Below, one piece after another: positions 29,182 through 39,638 of a stretch of 48,239 nucleotides of DNA; position 1 is the stretch's first letter; each line of letters opens with the position of its first letter. The DNA lies in NCBI GenBank assembly GCA_965368835.1, contig CBDUON010000001.1, positions 1-48,239 on the forward strand. Direction: 5' to 3'. The notes beneath the pieces were generated by a model. That model saw only the letters and a program-made list of their open reading frames with translations. It had not been told where the DNA came from and did not search any database. The position numbers were made by a program, and so were the translations under genes. Source of the DNA: an uncultured Eudoraea sp. Its GTDB lineage: Bacteria > Bacteroidota > Bacteroidia > Flavobacteriales > Flavobacteriaceae.

Positions 29182-29829
29182 ATGAAAAAAAACCTGGAGA
29201 ATCAACGGAAATCATATGAGAAAAGTGCCCTGATGGAGGACGCTATTTCGGATAACCCTATGGAACTTTTTCAAAAATGGTTTTATGAGTTGGAAAAATC
29301 TGAGTCCGTAGAAGAACTTAATACGATGACCATTTCCACCTTGGGATTGGATGGATATCCAAAAGGCAGGATAGTGTTATTAAAGCGTTTTACCTATGAG
29401 GGTTTTATTTTTTACTCTAACTATGACAGTGAGAAGGGAAAGGCCATAGAAAACAACCCTAAGGTGTGCCTTTCATTCTTTTGGCCGGCCATGGAACGGC
29501 AGGTTATTATAAAAGGAACGGTATCAAAAATAGCCGAGAATATGTCCGACGGATATTTTGAATCGAGGCCTACAGGTAGTAAATTAGGTGCAATAGTATC
29601 TAATCAGAGTGAGGTAATCCCCTCAAGAGAAGTTTTGGAAAGCAAGTGGAAGGAATTGGAGAAGCAATATGAAAATAAGGAAATACCCAGACCCTCTAAT
29701 TGGGGAGGGTATTTAGTATCTCCGGTATCACTTGAATTTTGGCAGGGCAGACCCAATAGATTGCACGATAGGATACGATATACTTTGGAAGAGGATTATA
29801 ACTGGAAGATAGAAAGGCTTGCTCCCTAG
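29182..29829 (+). CDS. pdxH: Pyridoxamine 5'-phosphate oxidase
   Basis: RIVLLK, YFESRP, EFWQGRPNRLHDR, RLAP. Confidence 0.96.
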   Translation: MKKNLENQRKSYEKSALMEDAISDNPMELFQKWFYELEKSESVEELNTMTISTLGLDGYPKGRIVLLKRFTYEGFIFYSNYDSEKGKAIENNPKVCLSFFWPAMERQVIIKGTVSKIAENMSDGYFESRPTGSKLGAIVSNQSEVIPSREVLESKWKELEKQYENKEIPRPSNWGGYLVSPVSLEFWQGRPNRLHDRIRYTLEEDYNWKIERLAP

Positions 29830-29900
29830 TGTAGGTTAACTGATACAAATAATTTACATTTAATACTGTAATTTTTCATTCATTTTAAAAGTAGGAAAGC

Positions 29901-30389
29901 ATGAAACAGCTGATATTGGTACGGCATGGTAAGTCTTCCTGGGAGTATGGGGTTGAGGACAGGGATCGTCCTTTAAAGGAGATAGGGATACAAGACGCCC
30001 ATAGAGTATCTCATCATTTTGGCACAGCCAAGGTTAAGATCAATGCGGTTTATTCTAGTCCGGCCATTAGAGCACTGCATACCTGTGTTGTATTTTTAAG
30101 GAATCTTAAGATATCATATTCAGATTTTACTCTTACCAATGACCTGTATGATTTTTCCGGGGAAGATGTTATGGATTTTGTAAGAAATCTATCAGATTCA
30201 CAACAAATAGTGATGATATTTGGGCATAATCATGCCTTCACAGAAGTAGCAAATATGTGGGGTGATGTTTATATAGATAATGTACCCACAACAGGATTGG
30301 TTCATCTCTCGTTCAACGTCTCGAGTTGGAAGGATGTGAAAAAAGGAAAAACCGAAAAGGTGATTATTCCCAAAGAATTACGGATATGA
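29901..30389 (+). CDS. SixA-type histidine phosphatase
   Basis: LVRHGKS, SSPAIRA, FGHN motifs. Confidence 0.88.
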   Translation: MKQLILVRHGKSSWEYGVEDRDRPLKEIGIQDAHRVSHHFGTAKVKINAVYSSPAIRALHTCVVFLRNLKISYSDFTLTNDLYDFSGEDVMDFVRNLSDSQQIVMIFGHNHAFTEVANMWGDVYIDNVPTTGLVHLSFNVSSWKDVKKGKTEKVIIPKELRI

Positions 30390-32509
30390 TCAAAACAAAG
30401 AATCAGTATATCAATAGAGAAATCAGCTGGTTAAAATTTAATGACCGGGTGTTACAGGAAAGTGCTGATCAACGTGTTCCCCTGATTGAGCGACTTAGAT
30501 TTCTTGGGATATTCTCTAATAACCTGGATGAATTCTTTAAGGTTCGGTACGCAACCGTGAAACGGATAGTGGAGGCAGGTAAATCTGGCAAAAGTGTTTT
30601 GGGAGGTGAAATTGCTAAAGACTTATTGGAGGAGATCACAAAAATAGTAATAGAGCAACAAACCCGCAGTTTAGAGATACATAAGGATATAGAAAAAGAG
30701 TTGGAGGCTGAAAATATCTTCCTTATAAATGAAGAAGAGGTTACTGAAGAACAGTCTAAATTCTTAAAAAATTATTTTTTAGAAAAGGTGAGTCCGCAGT
30801 TAATGACCATCATTCTAAATGATCTCACGGAGTTTCCGATGCTTAAGGACTCTGCCGCTTATTTGGCCATAAAAATGGTCCTGAAAAGCGAAGATGCCAA
30901 AAAGCCTGCAGATCATAACAAAGAAAAGAGTTATGCCCTTATAGAAATCCCCAAAGGTATTGACAGATTTGTAGTACTTCCCAGGGAAGGAGAAAGGTAC
31001 TATATCATTATTCTGGATGATCTGATCCGATATTGTCTCGACAGTATTTTTTCCATGTTCGATTATACTTCTATTTCGGCACATATGATAAAAATTACCC
31101 GAGATGCCGAATTAGATATTGACAATGATCTTAGTAAGAGCTTTATAGAAAAGATTTCCTCTAGTGTAGATAATAGAAAGATTAGTGATCCGGTTCGTTT
31201 TGTATATGACAAGAGTATTGAGGAAGATACGCTAGCGTTTCTAACTGAAAAAATGGGAATCACTGATACAGATAGTGTTATTCCTGGTGGGCGTTACCAC
31301 AATAGAAGAGATTATATGAGTTTTCCGAGCTTAGGCAAGGAGGAGCTGATGTATCAAAAAATAAATCCCTTGCCCATCAAAGGTGTTGAACCAGAAGGTA
31401 GTTTTTTGGGTCAAATAGCAGAGAAGGATTTTTTACAGTATACACCCTACCATAAATTTTCATACATCATTCGGTTTCTGCGCGAGGCTGCCTTAGATCC
31501 TAAGGTAAAGACCATCAAGATCACAGTGTACCGCCTTGCAGATAATTCACAGGTAATTGCTTCTTTGATCAATGCTGCCAAGAATGGAAAGCAGGTAACC
31601 GTGCAGATTGAATTACGTGCCCGTTTCGATGAAACCGCAAATATTGGGTATGCAGAACAATTACAGGAAGAAGGGGTTAAATTGATTTTTGGTGTCCCGG
31701 GTTTAAAGGTGCACAGCAAGATCTGTCTTATAGAAAGGGAAGAAAATGAAAGGACCAACCGCTATGGATTTATAAGCACAGGGAATTTTAATGAATCCAC
31801 AGGCAGGATCTATACGGATTATACACTATTTACAGCTAATGAAAAGATCCTGAAGGAATTGAACATGGTTTTCGATTTCTTTGAAACTACCTATAAGATC
31901 AACAAATACAAACACCTTATTGTCTCACCACATTATACCAAAAGTGCTTTTAAAAAGCTTATAGATCAGGAGATCGAGAATGTAAAACTGGGGAAAGAGG
32001 CGTATATCAAGATCAAAATGAATAGCCTAACCTCTTATAAAATGGTAGACAAGCTATATGAGGCAAGCAGGGCAGGTGTAAAAATAAAGATGATCGTTAG
32101 GGGTATCTGCTGTCTGATCCCTGGGGTAAAAGGGATGAGCGAAAATATTGAGGCAATCAGTATAGTTGATAAGTTCCTGGAGCATCCTCGTTTATTCATC
32201 TTTGCTAATGCAGGAAACCCCAAGATGTATATTTCTTCTGCAGACTGGATGACCAGGAATATTGAAAATAGGGTAGAAGTAGGATGCCCAATTTACGATG
32301 AGGATATAAAAAATGAACTCATCGACACTTTTGAAATCTCCTGGCGCGATAATGTTAAGGCAAGAAGGTTCAATCAACTTCAGGATAACAGCTACGTAAG
32401 GAATAAAAAGCCGAAGGTGCGCTCACAATTTGCCGTATATGATTACTATCTGGATAAATTAAGAGTTACGAGCAAACCTCCCCATTCTGAAGCCCTTAAA
32501 TATGATTAA
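30386..32509 (+). CDS. ppk1: Polyphosphate kinase 1
   Basis: NREISWLKFN, NLDEFF, ELRARFDE, KVHSK, STGNFN, FLEHPR, SSADWM. Start MIKTK overlaps the sixA stop (ATGA). Confidence 0.96.
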   Translation: MIKTKNQYINREISWLKFNDRVLQESADQRVPLIERLRFLGIFSNNLDEFFKVRYATVKRIVEAGKSGKSVLGGEIAKDLLEEITKIVIEQQTRSLEIHKDIEKELEAENIFLINEEEVTEEQSKFLKNYFLEKVSPQLMTIILNDLTEFPMLKDSAAYLAIKMVLKSEDAKKPADHNKEKSYALIEIPKGIDRFVVLPREGERYYIIILDDLIRYCLDSIFSMFDYTSISAHMIKITRDAELDIDNDLSKSFIEKISSSVDNRKISDPVRFVYDKSIEEDTLAFLTEKMGITDTDSVIPGGRYHNRRDYMSFPSLGKEELMYQKINPLPIKGVEPEGSFLGQIAEKDFLQYTPYHKFSYIIRFLREAALDPKVKTIKITVYRLADNSQVIASLINAAKNGKQVTVQIELRARFDETANIGYAEQLQEEGVKLIFGVPGLKVHSKICLIEREENERTNRYGFISTGNFNESTGRIYTDYTLFTANEKILKELNMVFDFFETTYKINKYKHLIVSPHYTKSAFKKLIDQEIENVKLGKEAYIKIKMNSLTSYKMVDKLYEASRAGVKIKMIVRGICCLIPGVKGMSENIEAISIVDKFLEHPRLFIFANAGNPKMYISSADWMTRNIENRVEVGCPIYDEDIKNELIDTFEISWRDNVKARRFNQLQDNSYVRNKKPKVRSQFAVYDYYLDKLRVTSKPPHSEALKYD

Positions 32510-32523
32510 AAGATTATTATGAA

Positions 32524-33105
32524 TTACCCATGAATATGCTCCTTATTTCCTAATTCTTTCATGATAGAGGCTTCATATTCCAGAAGGGCAGCCCATTTGG
32601 CATCTACCTCCTTACGGTCCCCATATTTCCTTGCAAAATTTAAGAACATAGTGTAATGCCCCGCTTCACTGACCATAAGTGAATGATAGAAGGCTGCCAG
32701 CTCCTTGTCTTTTAAATCTTCTGATAATAACCGAAAACGTTCACAGCTTCTGGCTTCAATGAGGGCAGCATATAAAAGTCGGTGGATCAATTGTGTGGTC
32801 CTGGAACCTCCCTTTGGAAAGAATTTATGCAGGGCAATGGCATATTCATCTTTGCGGTGCCTGCCCAGTGTTTTGCCCCTGTCTAATATCCTGTCATGAA
32901 CCATTTTAAAATGCCCCATTTCTTCCCGGGATAAGGAGATCATTTCCTTGATAAGGTCCGGATATTCGGGAAAGCTTACTATCAATGAGATGGCTGTGCT
33001 GGCTGCCTTTTGCTCGCAATAGGCATGATCTGTCAAAATTTCATCGATGTTCATCTCAACGATATTTACCCATCTGGGATCAGTAGGTAGTTTTAGTCCG
33101 AGCAT
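32524..33105 (-). CDS. miaE: tRNA-(ms2io6A) hydroxylase
   Basis: DHAYCEQKAA, EEMGHF, IEARSCERF, SEAGH diiron motifs. Confidence 0.92.
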   Translation of the reverse strand: MLGLKLPTDPRWVNIVEMNIDEILTDHAYCEQKAASTAISLIVSFPEYPDLIKEMISLSREEMGHFKMVHDRILDRGKTLGRHRKDEYAIALHKFFPKGGSRTTQLIHRLLYAALIEARSCERFRLLSEDLKDKELAAFYHSLMVSEAGHYTMFLNFARKYGDRKEVDAKWAALLEYEASIMKELGNKEHIHG

Positions 33106-33194
33106 ATTATGTAATTAAAAAATTAAAGAGACTAGTTCAAATGTACCAAAAATATACCGCTACAAAAGCATGAGAGACATGCTTGTAAAAAAGA

Positions 33195-35015
33195 TCAAAG
33201 ATCCAGATCAAAGGTTTTTCGCAATAGATCTATGGCCGGATTTTTCTCCCGAAGTTTATCGTATTTCTCTTGAGGTGTAAAGGCGAACTTCTTTATGGTC
33301 TCTTCATTGACAGATATAGAAAGGTTAAGGTGATAATTATTTAAAGCCTTCTTTAAATAGGTCATCAGGCCTAGCTGTTCCCGTTCCACTTCTTTTTTCA
33401 TAGTGTCATTGGGTAATTCAATGACGATAGTAGAGCCGTCTACTATTTTTGGAATGTCGGAATTTAAATTGCTGGCAAGTATTTTCTTTCCTTCTTCATC
33501 TACCTTGTTGATATAGGCGTGCCAATGCTTGTGTAACTCCTCTTCTGAAACCAGATCATCGGGAAGAGAATCTTCATCATAGGTTACTTCTATCTTATTG
33601 AGTTCGTGTTTTTTCTTGGCTTTGATACTGGATATGGATAAGCCTGATACTCTTTTTGAGTGATCTTTTATATGGATTTTCCTGGCTGGTTCGGTTATTA
33701 AAGTTGAGGTTTCTGCTAATGTAACATCTTCATTGTCAGTGTTTAAAACAGGTTCTGCTTCCTCTGAAATGATCTCTTTTTGTTGGGGGTGACCCGTAGT
33801 TTTATCTTTATTTTCGATTGTGGGAAGTGCATCGCTGATGCCCGGTGCTATGGTCTTTTTAATGGATGTTGTGATAGAACGATGAAAAAAGGAGGCAGGG
33901 ATCAACTGCCCTAATGGGATGAGACTCGCGTTGCTGTGGTCAGGATTTTTTTTTTCACCTTGAAATGAAAGTGAAGCCAACTTCATAAGTGCAAGTTCTA
34001 TTAATAAACGTGCATTTTTACTGCCTTTGTATTGCAGGTCTGCCTGATTAGCAATCTCAAGGGCATTCAAAAGAAATTCCTGACTGGTCTTTTTGGCCTG
34101 TTCCAGATATAATTTCTTGGCGTTATCTCCTACTTCTAACAGCGCAATGGTATCGTGGTGTTGACAAACCATCAGATCTCTAAAATGTGAGGCTAACCCA
34201 ATGATAAAATGATGCCCTTCAAAACCAAGTGCCAGGGTCTTATTGAATAATAAGAGAATATTTGGAATATCGTTCTTTAGGATAAGATCTGTAACCGTAA
34301 AATAAGTGTCGTAGTCTAATACGTTCAGGTTTTCCGTTACCGCCTTACGTGTCAGTTCTTTTCCAGAAAAGCTCACCACCCTGTCAAAAATAGAAAGTGC
34401 ATCGCGCAGCGCACCATCTGCTTTTTGAGCAATAATATGTAGTGCATCTTCCTCTGCATTTATACCTTGCTGTTCTGCGATATACTTGAGGTAATTAGCT
34501 GCATCGGCAACAGTAATACGTTTAAAATCAAATATTTGGCACCTCGAAAGTATTGTAGGTATAATTTTGTGCTTTTCAGTAGTGGCCAGAATAAAAATGG
34601 CGTGACTTGGAGGTTCTTCAAGCGTTTTAAGAAAAGCGTTAAATGCAGATTGAGAAAGCATATGTACCTCATCAATAATATACACTTTATACTTCCCTAC
34701 CTGAGGGGGGATACGAACCTGATCTATAAGATTTCGGATATCGTCTACGGAATTGTTAGAGGCAGCATCGAGCTCAAAGATATTGAATGCGAAATCCTCA
34801 TCTTCTTTTTCAGTGCCATCCCTGTTGATCTGTTTCGCCAGGATCCGTGCACAGGTAGTCTTTCCTACGCCTCTTGGACCACAAAATAACAAGGCCTGTG
34901 CCAGGTGATTATTATCAATGGCGTTGACGAGAGTATTGGTAATGGCCTCCTGCCCAACAACGTCCTTAAACGTTTGGGGTCTGTACTTACGGGCTGAGAC
35001 TATAAAAGGTTCCAC
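33195..35015 (-). CDS. dnaX: DNA polymerase III subunit gamma/tau
   Basis: ARKYRP, GPRGVGKTT, DEVHML, SRC; GTG start. Confidence 0.96.
   Translation of the reverse strand: MEPFIVSARKYRPQTFKDVVGQEAITNTLVNAIDNNHLAQALLFCGPRGVGKTTCARILAKQINRDGTEKEDEDFAFNIFELDAASNNSVDDIRNLIDQVRIPPQVGKYKVYIIDEVHMLSQSAFNAFLKTLEEPPSHAIFILATTEKHKIIPTILSRCQIFDFKRITVADAANYLKYIAEQQGINAEEDALHIIAQKADGALRDALSIFDRVVSFSGKELTRKAVTENLNVLDYDTYFTVTDLILKNDIPNILLLFNKTLALGFEGHHFIIGLASHFRDLMVCQHHDTIALLEVGDNAKKLYLEQAKKTSQEFLLNALEIANQADLQYKGSKNARLLIELALMKLASLSFQGEKKNPDHSNASLIPLGQLIPASFFHRSITTSIKKTIAPGISDALPTIENKDKTTGHPQQKEIISEEAEPVLNTDNEDVTLAETSTLITEPARKIHIKDHSKRVSGLSISSIKAKKKHELNKIEVTYDEDSLPDDLVSEEELHKHWHAYINKVDEEGKKILASNLNSDIPKIVDGSTIVIELPNDTMKKEVEREQLGLMTYLKKALNNYHLNLSISVNEETIKKFAFTPQEKYDKLREKNPAIDLLRKTFDLDL
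33936..33959 (-). other. A10 slippery site in dnaX (tau/gamma recoding)
   Basis: Minus strand GGT GAA AAA AAA AAT CCT GAC; adding one A gives AAA TCC TGA stop. Confidence 0.7.
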
Positions 35016-35060
35016 AAATACGTTTTTAAGGAATTAAAGCTGAACTATGCGCCATTCTTA

Positions 35061-35068
35061 CAAATATA
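35061..35068 (-). promoter_or_regulatory. -7 promoter element of dnaX
   Basis: Minus strand TATATTTG. Confidence 0.6.
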
Positions 35069-35132
35069 AAAATAGCGTTTGTTTATGGACTTTCTTTTAA
35101 GGCCTATTCCCCAATTTTTATCAACAATTGGC

Positions 35133-35140
35133 TACCTTTG
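35133..35140 (+). promoter_or_regulatory. -7 promoter element of rnpB
   Basis: TACCTTTG 4 nt before the P1 5' strand. Confidence 0.7.
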
Positions 35141-35144
35141 TGCC

Positions 35145-35462
35145 AAGCAGGTCACCTTATCGCTCTCTGCATTACGCGGGGGGAGGAAAGTCCGGACACC
35201 ATAGTGCAGCATAGCGGGTAACACCCGTCACCCGTTCCGGTGTTAATCGGGATGGGGCGGACTAGTGCAACAGAAAGAATGTACAGGTTAAGCTGTAGTG
35301 AAATCATGTAAACTCTATGCGGTGAAACGCCATGTATATCAGCGTTTGAGGGCGGCACGTCCAAGCTGAAGGGTAGGCGGTACGAGTCTTTGGGTAACTA
35401 AAGATCGAGATAAATGATAAGGATCCTTTTTAAGGCTACAGAATCCGGCTTATGATCTGCTT
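35145..35462 (+). ncRNA. rnpB: RNase P RNA (type A)
   Basis: GAGGAAAGTCCG, AGTGCAACAGAA, AGATAAATGAT and ACAGAATCCGGCTTA conserved regions; P1 pairing AAGCAGGTCA/TGATCTGCTT. Confidence 0.97.
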
Positions 35463-35465
35463 TTT

Positions 35466-36008
35466 TTATTCCTCACTTTTATAAAAACTGAACAAGCTAC
35501 CGCCGTACTTCCGTGTTGAGGTATGATGACTTAGGTGCGAAAGATCCATCTTTTTTGAGTGTTCAATGATCAGTGTTCCGGCGGTTACAAGGATATTTCG
35601 GTCATAAACAAGCTTGTGGATATCACAGAATTGTTCAAGTGAAAGATCGTATGGCGGATCCACAAAAATAAGGTCGTATGTATCTCGAGCAGATTCCAAA
35701 AATTTAAAGACATCCATTTTCACCGCTTTTATCTTAAAATCCCATTCTGCGGCCTTTGCTCCTATGAATTTTATACATCCGGAATGACTGTCTACACTGG
35801 TAATGTCATTGCAACCTCTTGAAGCAAATTCGAAACTCATATTGCCAGTGCCGGCGAAGAGATCGAGTACTCGAATCTCATCAAAATAAAACTGATTATT
35901 AAGAATATTGAATAAGGCTTCTTTGGCCATGTCTTTGGTTGGCCTTACCGGTAGATTTTTTGGGACAATGATTCGTCTTCCCTTATGAGTACCCGAAATA
36001 ATTCTCAT
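35466..36008 (-). CDS. rsmD: 16S rRNA m2G966 methyltransferase
   Basis: MRIISG, RPT, LDLFAGTG, DPPY, IEH. Confidence 0.92.
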   Translation of the reverse strand: MRIISGTHKGRRIIVPKNLPVRPTKDMAKEALFNILNNQFYFDEIRVLDLFAGTGNMSFEFASRGCNDITSVDSHSGCIKFIGAKAAEWDFKIKAVKMDVFKFLESARDTYDLIFVDPPYDLSLEQFCDIHKLVYDRNILVTAGTLIIEHSKKMDLSHLSHHTSTRKYGGSLFSFYKSEE

Positions 36009-36848
36009 TTAAAGAGCGTTTATGGCCAGATAATTGGCGTTAAGAGCCGTTTCATCAGACAGGATATCATCTGGTAAGCCTGGTAGATATATGGAGAGAT
36101 GCTGTATATACTCCTGACAAATAGTGAAAATAGAATCGCCTTCTTCGATAGCTCCGAAGAGTCTTAATTTAATCTCATTTGGATCTAGGTGTAATTGCTC
36201 CAGGGTAAAAAGCAGGTAGTATAGAAAATCCTCTGGTGTTTTATAAGAAAAATTATTAAAAAATAACAGCTTCTTATTCTGAAGAATGATAAGATCTAAT
36301 TCATCTGCTGTCACATAGGCGAAGCATACTCCTTCTGAACTGGAGGCGTTACTGCCGAGAAGTGACTCCACTAAAACAGTACTGTGATGTTTAAAATCAA
36401 AGTCTCCAAACTGATCATATATAAAATTATTGATGTTCACAAAAGGAACATATACATTGACCATTTCATACGCCGTGATCTCATCGTATTCCAGAAGATC
36501 ATTGGCCAGGATCTTCGTATTAAACTTAAGGTAATTCGCCAATTCATTAGGATCGAACAACACTTTGGGTACCAGGCTAAATAGGTCATTTCTATGAACA
36601 ACTACGACCTCAGAAAACACAAAGTCTTTAATTTGCTGTTTTTTAATAAACCGCTTTAATTCTTTTTGTGCTTCATATGGAGTAAGCCTGTTGTCAAAGC
36701 TGTGCTTTTCTGCCTTTACAATCTTTTTACCGATTGTATCCAGAATGCAAAAAGAAAGTCCATTCAGGCTAACCTGAATGGACAATTTATGATAATCTTC
36801 CAGAATTAGATCGTTGTGATGATCTTTATTGGTCTCCTTTTTTGTCAT
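36009..36848 (-). CDS. DUF3822-family protein
   Basis: KLSIQVSLNGLSFC, SLVP, DFLYYLLF; position upstream of rsmD. Confidence 0.8.
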   Translation of the reverse strand: MTKKETNKDHHNDLILEDYHKLSIQVSLNGLSFCILDTIGKKIVKAEKHSFDNRLTPYEAQKELKRFIKKQQIKDFVFSEVVVVHRNDLFSLVPKVLFDPNELANYLKFNTKILANDLLEYDEITAYEMVNVYVPFVNINNFIYDQFGDFDFKHHSTVLVESLLGSNASSSEGVCFAYVTADELDLIILQNKKLLFFNNFSYKTPEDFLYYLLFTLEQLHLDPNEIKLRLFGAIEEGDSIFTICQEYIQHLSIYLPGLPDDILSDETALNANYLAINAL

Positions 36849-37476
36849 AAACAGGGGGCCAGTTTCCGTTGGTGCTCACTTCTGTGAGAGATCCAACCTT
36901 GATCTCAGAACCATTTACTTCTTCTACACTTATCTGTACATTTTCTCTTGCCAATAGATCTTTTGGCTGATCATACAAGATGATGTCTTTTTTAACCTTG
37001 GCTTCAAAAACAGGAGCTTTATAGCCACTTTTTTCGATGATAGCCGCTTTCATTTCAAATGTTTGATTATTCTGTGCATACGGTACATTCATCATTGTTT
37101 TATACCGTGTATCGCCTTTGAAGAGCGAATCTTTTATGGCTATAAAACCTAAGGTGTCTATAATGGTAACTTCTCGTAAAAGATCGATACCATACGTCTT
37201 GTCAAATTCCATATAGGAAGAATCTCTTTGCTGAGTGATGGTGTATTTCCCGGTATCAACAAAAGCGATCAGACTATTAAAGTCGTTTGCAAACTTTCCA
37301 TTTACAGTTTTATACGCTTCCTGAGAGTTTCGAATATCCTTAAGGACAGAAATTACCTTGTTAAAGCGTTCTTGCTTTATTTTTTTGAATTCTATCGGAC
37401 CAGTTACGGAGCGATAGATCAGGTAACCCAAAACAATACAGACGATCCAAAGTATTATTTGAAAGATGGTTTTCAT
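36826..37476 (-). CDS. Conserved hypothetical protein with N-terminal TM
   Basis: 216 aa ORF; LKDIR...QEAYK, KVGSL...GNW. Confidence 0.8.
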   Translation of the reverse strand: MKTIFQIILWIVCIVLGYLIYRSVTGPIEFKKIKQERFNKVISVLKDIRNSQEAYKTVNGKFANDFNSLIAFVDTGKYTITQQRDSSYMEFDKTYGIDLLREVTIIDTLGFIAIKDSLFKGDTRYKTMMNVPYAQNNQTFEMKAAIIEKSGYKAPVFEAKVKKDIILYDQPKDLLARENVQISVEEVNGSEIKVGSLTEVSTNGNWPPVYDKKGDQ

Positions 37477-37510
37477 TTGAACAAGTATTAATTAAATTTA
37501 GCGGTTCCAA

Positions 37511-37571
37511 CAAATCTACAATTTTTTTTCAATCGTAAAAGTTTTTGGCCCAAAAATCCTGTTTATCTTTG
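37511..37571. promoter_or_regulatory. Divergent -7 promoter elements
   Basis: Minus strand TAGATTTG (37511-37518) and plus strand TATCTTTG (37564-37571). Confidence 0.55.
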
Positions 37572-37578
37572 AACACCT

Positions 37579-39012
37579 ATGGATACTCCCACCGCTGCCA
37601 CATTTTACGGCCTTTTAAAAGATAAATTTCCTCATATCCCTACTGCCAAACAGGATATTACCTTACAATTACTGGCTGAATTTTTACTTTCAGGGAATAA
37701 TGATGAGCTTTTCTTACTGAAGGGATTTGCCGGAACAGGTAAAACAACCATTGTAGGTGATCTGGTTACAAATCTTTGGAAAACATCCCTGAAATCTGTA
37801 TTGATGGCACCTACGGGAAGAGCGGCAAAAGTAATGTCTAGTTATTCCAAGACCCAGGCTTTTACTATCCATCGAAAGATCTATTTTCCTAAAAAAGAAA
37901 GGGGAGGGGGAATTCGATTTGTTATGGCCCCCAATAAACACAGAAATACGGTCTTTATTGTAGATGAGGCTTCTATGATCCCCGATGCACCCTCAGATTC
38001 CAAGCTCTTCGAAAACGGATCACTTTTAGACGATCTTATTCAGTTTGTCTATTCTGGGCATCAATGTAAACTTATTCTTATTGGAGACACCGCACAATTA
38101 CCTCCTGTGCATCTTTCGTTAAGTCCGGCTTTGGATGAACATCAGCTACAAACCAAGTTCGGAAAGGAAGTAACCCTGATTGAACTAGATGAAGTAGTGA
38201 GACAGGCCCAGGATTCTGGCATACTGGTGAACGCAACCCAGTTAAGAGACCAGCTCCAAAGAGACGTCTTTGATAGTTTCCAATTCCAGCTCGATACTTT
38301 TGCGGACATCGTTCGTTTAACAGATGGCTATGACATTCAGGAAGCCATAGAAGAGGCCTATTCTGTTCAGGGCAAAGAAGAAACCACTTTGATAGTGCGG
38401 TCAAATAAAAGGGCAAATTTGTACAATGAAAACATACGGAAACGCATTCTTTTTCTTGAAAATGAGCTGTCTGTAGGGGATTTCTTGATGGTAGTTAAGA
38501 ATAATTACTTCTGGCTAAAACCCCAATCGGAGGCGGGCTTTATTGCAAATGGCGATATTGTGGAGGTATTGGAGATTTTCTCATTCAAAGAACTCTACGG
38601 ATTTAAATTCGCCGAAGTAAAGGTCAGAATGACAGACTACCCAAATCAAAAACCTTTTGAAACTGTTTTATTGCTAAATACCCTTGCAGCAGAAACGCCT
38701 TCACTTTCCTATGAAGATGGTAATAAACTATATCAGGAAGTCATGAAAGACTACGCCAAGGAAACTTCTAAATACAAAAAATTTCTGGCTGTAAAGAACA
38801 ATACATTCTTTAATGCATTGCAGGTAAAATTTTCATACGCCATAACCTGTCATAAATCTCAGGGAGGACAGTGGCATACGGTTTTTGTAGAGCAGCCATA
38901 TTTGCCTTCCGGACCAGACAAGGAATATTTTAGGTGGTTGTATACGGCCATCACCAGGGCCAGGGAAAAATTGTATTTAATCGGATTTAAGGACAATTTT
39001 TTTCTTGATTGA
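37579..39012 (+). CDS. RecD-like SF1 ATP-dependent DNA helicase
   Basis: GFAGTGKT, APTGRAA, DEASM, GDTAQLPPV, HKSQG, YTAITRA. Confidence 0.92.
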   Translation: MDTPTAATFYGLLKDKFPHIPTAKQDITLQLLAEFLLSGNNDELFLLKGFAGTGKTTIVGDLVTNLWKTSLKSVLMAPTGRAAKVMSSYSKTQAFTIHRKIYFPKKERGGGIRFVMAPNKHRNTVFIVDEASMIPDAPSDSKLFENGSLLDDLIQFVYSGHQCKLILIGDTAQLPPVHLSLSPALDEHQLQTKFGKEVTLIELDEVVRQAQDSGILVNATQLRDQLQRDVFDSFQFQLDTFADIVRLTDGYDIQEAIEEAYSVQGKEETTLIVRSNKRANLYNENIRKRILFLENELSVGDFLMVVKNNYFWLKPQSEAGFIANGDIVEVLEIFSFKELYGFKFAEVKVRMTDYPNQKPFETVLLLNTLAAETPSLSYEDGNKLYQEVMKDYAKETSKYKKFLAVKNNTFFNALQVKFSYAITCHKSQGGQWHTVFVEQPYLPSGPDKEYFRWLYTAITRAREKLYLIGFKDNFFLD

Positions 39013-39046
39013 GAATACGTTACTTTAGTATTTAGATTGTTTTAGC

Positions 39047-39616
39047 ATGACTTCAGAAACCATCATCAGCATTTTTTTAGGTATTGGATTGGCTGCTTCC
39101 GTTGGGTTTCGGGTGTTCTTGCCCCTGTTTGTATTAAGCGCTGCATCCTATTTTGGAATGTGGGATCTCAATGAAAATTGGGAATGGATCGGTAGCTTAT
39201 TTGCTCTCATTACTTTAGGTGTAGCTACATTATTAGAGGTCTTTGCATATTTTATCCCATATGTAGATAATTTACTGGATAGCATTGCCTTGCCTCTTGC
39301 GGCATTGGCAGGTACGGCAGTTATGGTGGCTACCATTTCGGATATGGATCCGGTCATTACATGGTCGTTAGCTATCATTGCCGGAGGAGGAACAGCCACG
39401 GCCATAAAGGGAGCATCGGCTACAGGACGTATAGCTTCTACTGCCACAACTGCCGGCATTGGAAATCCGATCATCTCCTTTTTTGAAACATTAACTGCCC
39501 TGGTGGTGGCAGTAGTTTCAATAATTGCACCGGTAATTGCCATAATTCTTGTAATCTTGCTTTTGATCCTTATATTTTCTATATATAGAAAGTTACGACC
39601 AAAGCTCAAAAACTAA
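39047..39616 (+). CDS. DUF4126 membrane protein
   Basis: [29 protein letters not shown]. Confidence 0.85.
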   Translation: MTSETIISIFLGIGLAASVGFRVFLPLFVLSAASYFGMWDLNENWEWIGSLFALITLGVATLLEVFAYFIPYVDNLLDSIALPLAALAGTAVMVATISDMDPVITWSLAIIAGGGTATAIKGASATGRIASTATTAGIGNPIISFFETLTALVVAVVSIIAPVIAIILVILLLILIFSIYRKLRPKLKN

Positions 39617-39638
39617 TCTCAACACCGGAATTACCAAT

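Noticed and set aside
30326-30385. Extended TTG start of ppk1 (similarly the extended starts at 6407, 19273, 19797 and 25882)
   Set aside because: Downstream starts fit stop/start coupling, signal peptides or promoter positions better.
35152-35364. 70-aa minus-strand ORF
   Set aside because: It is antisense to the RNase P RNA.
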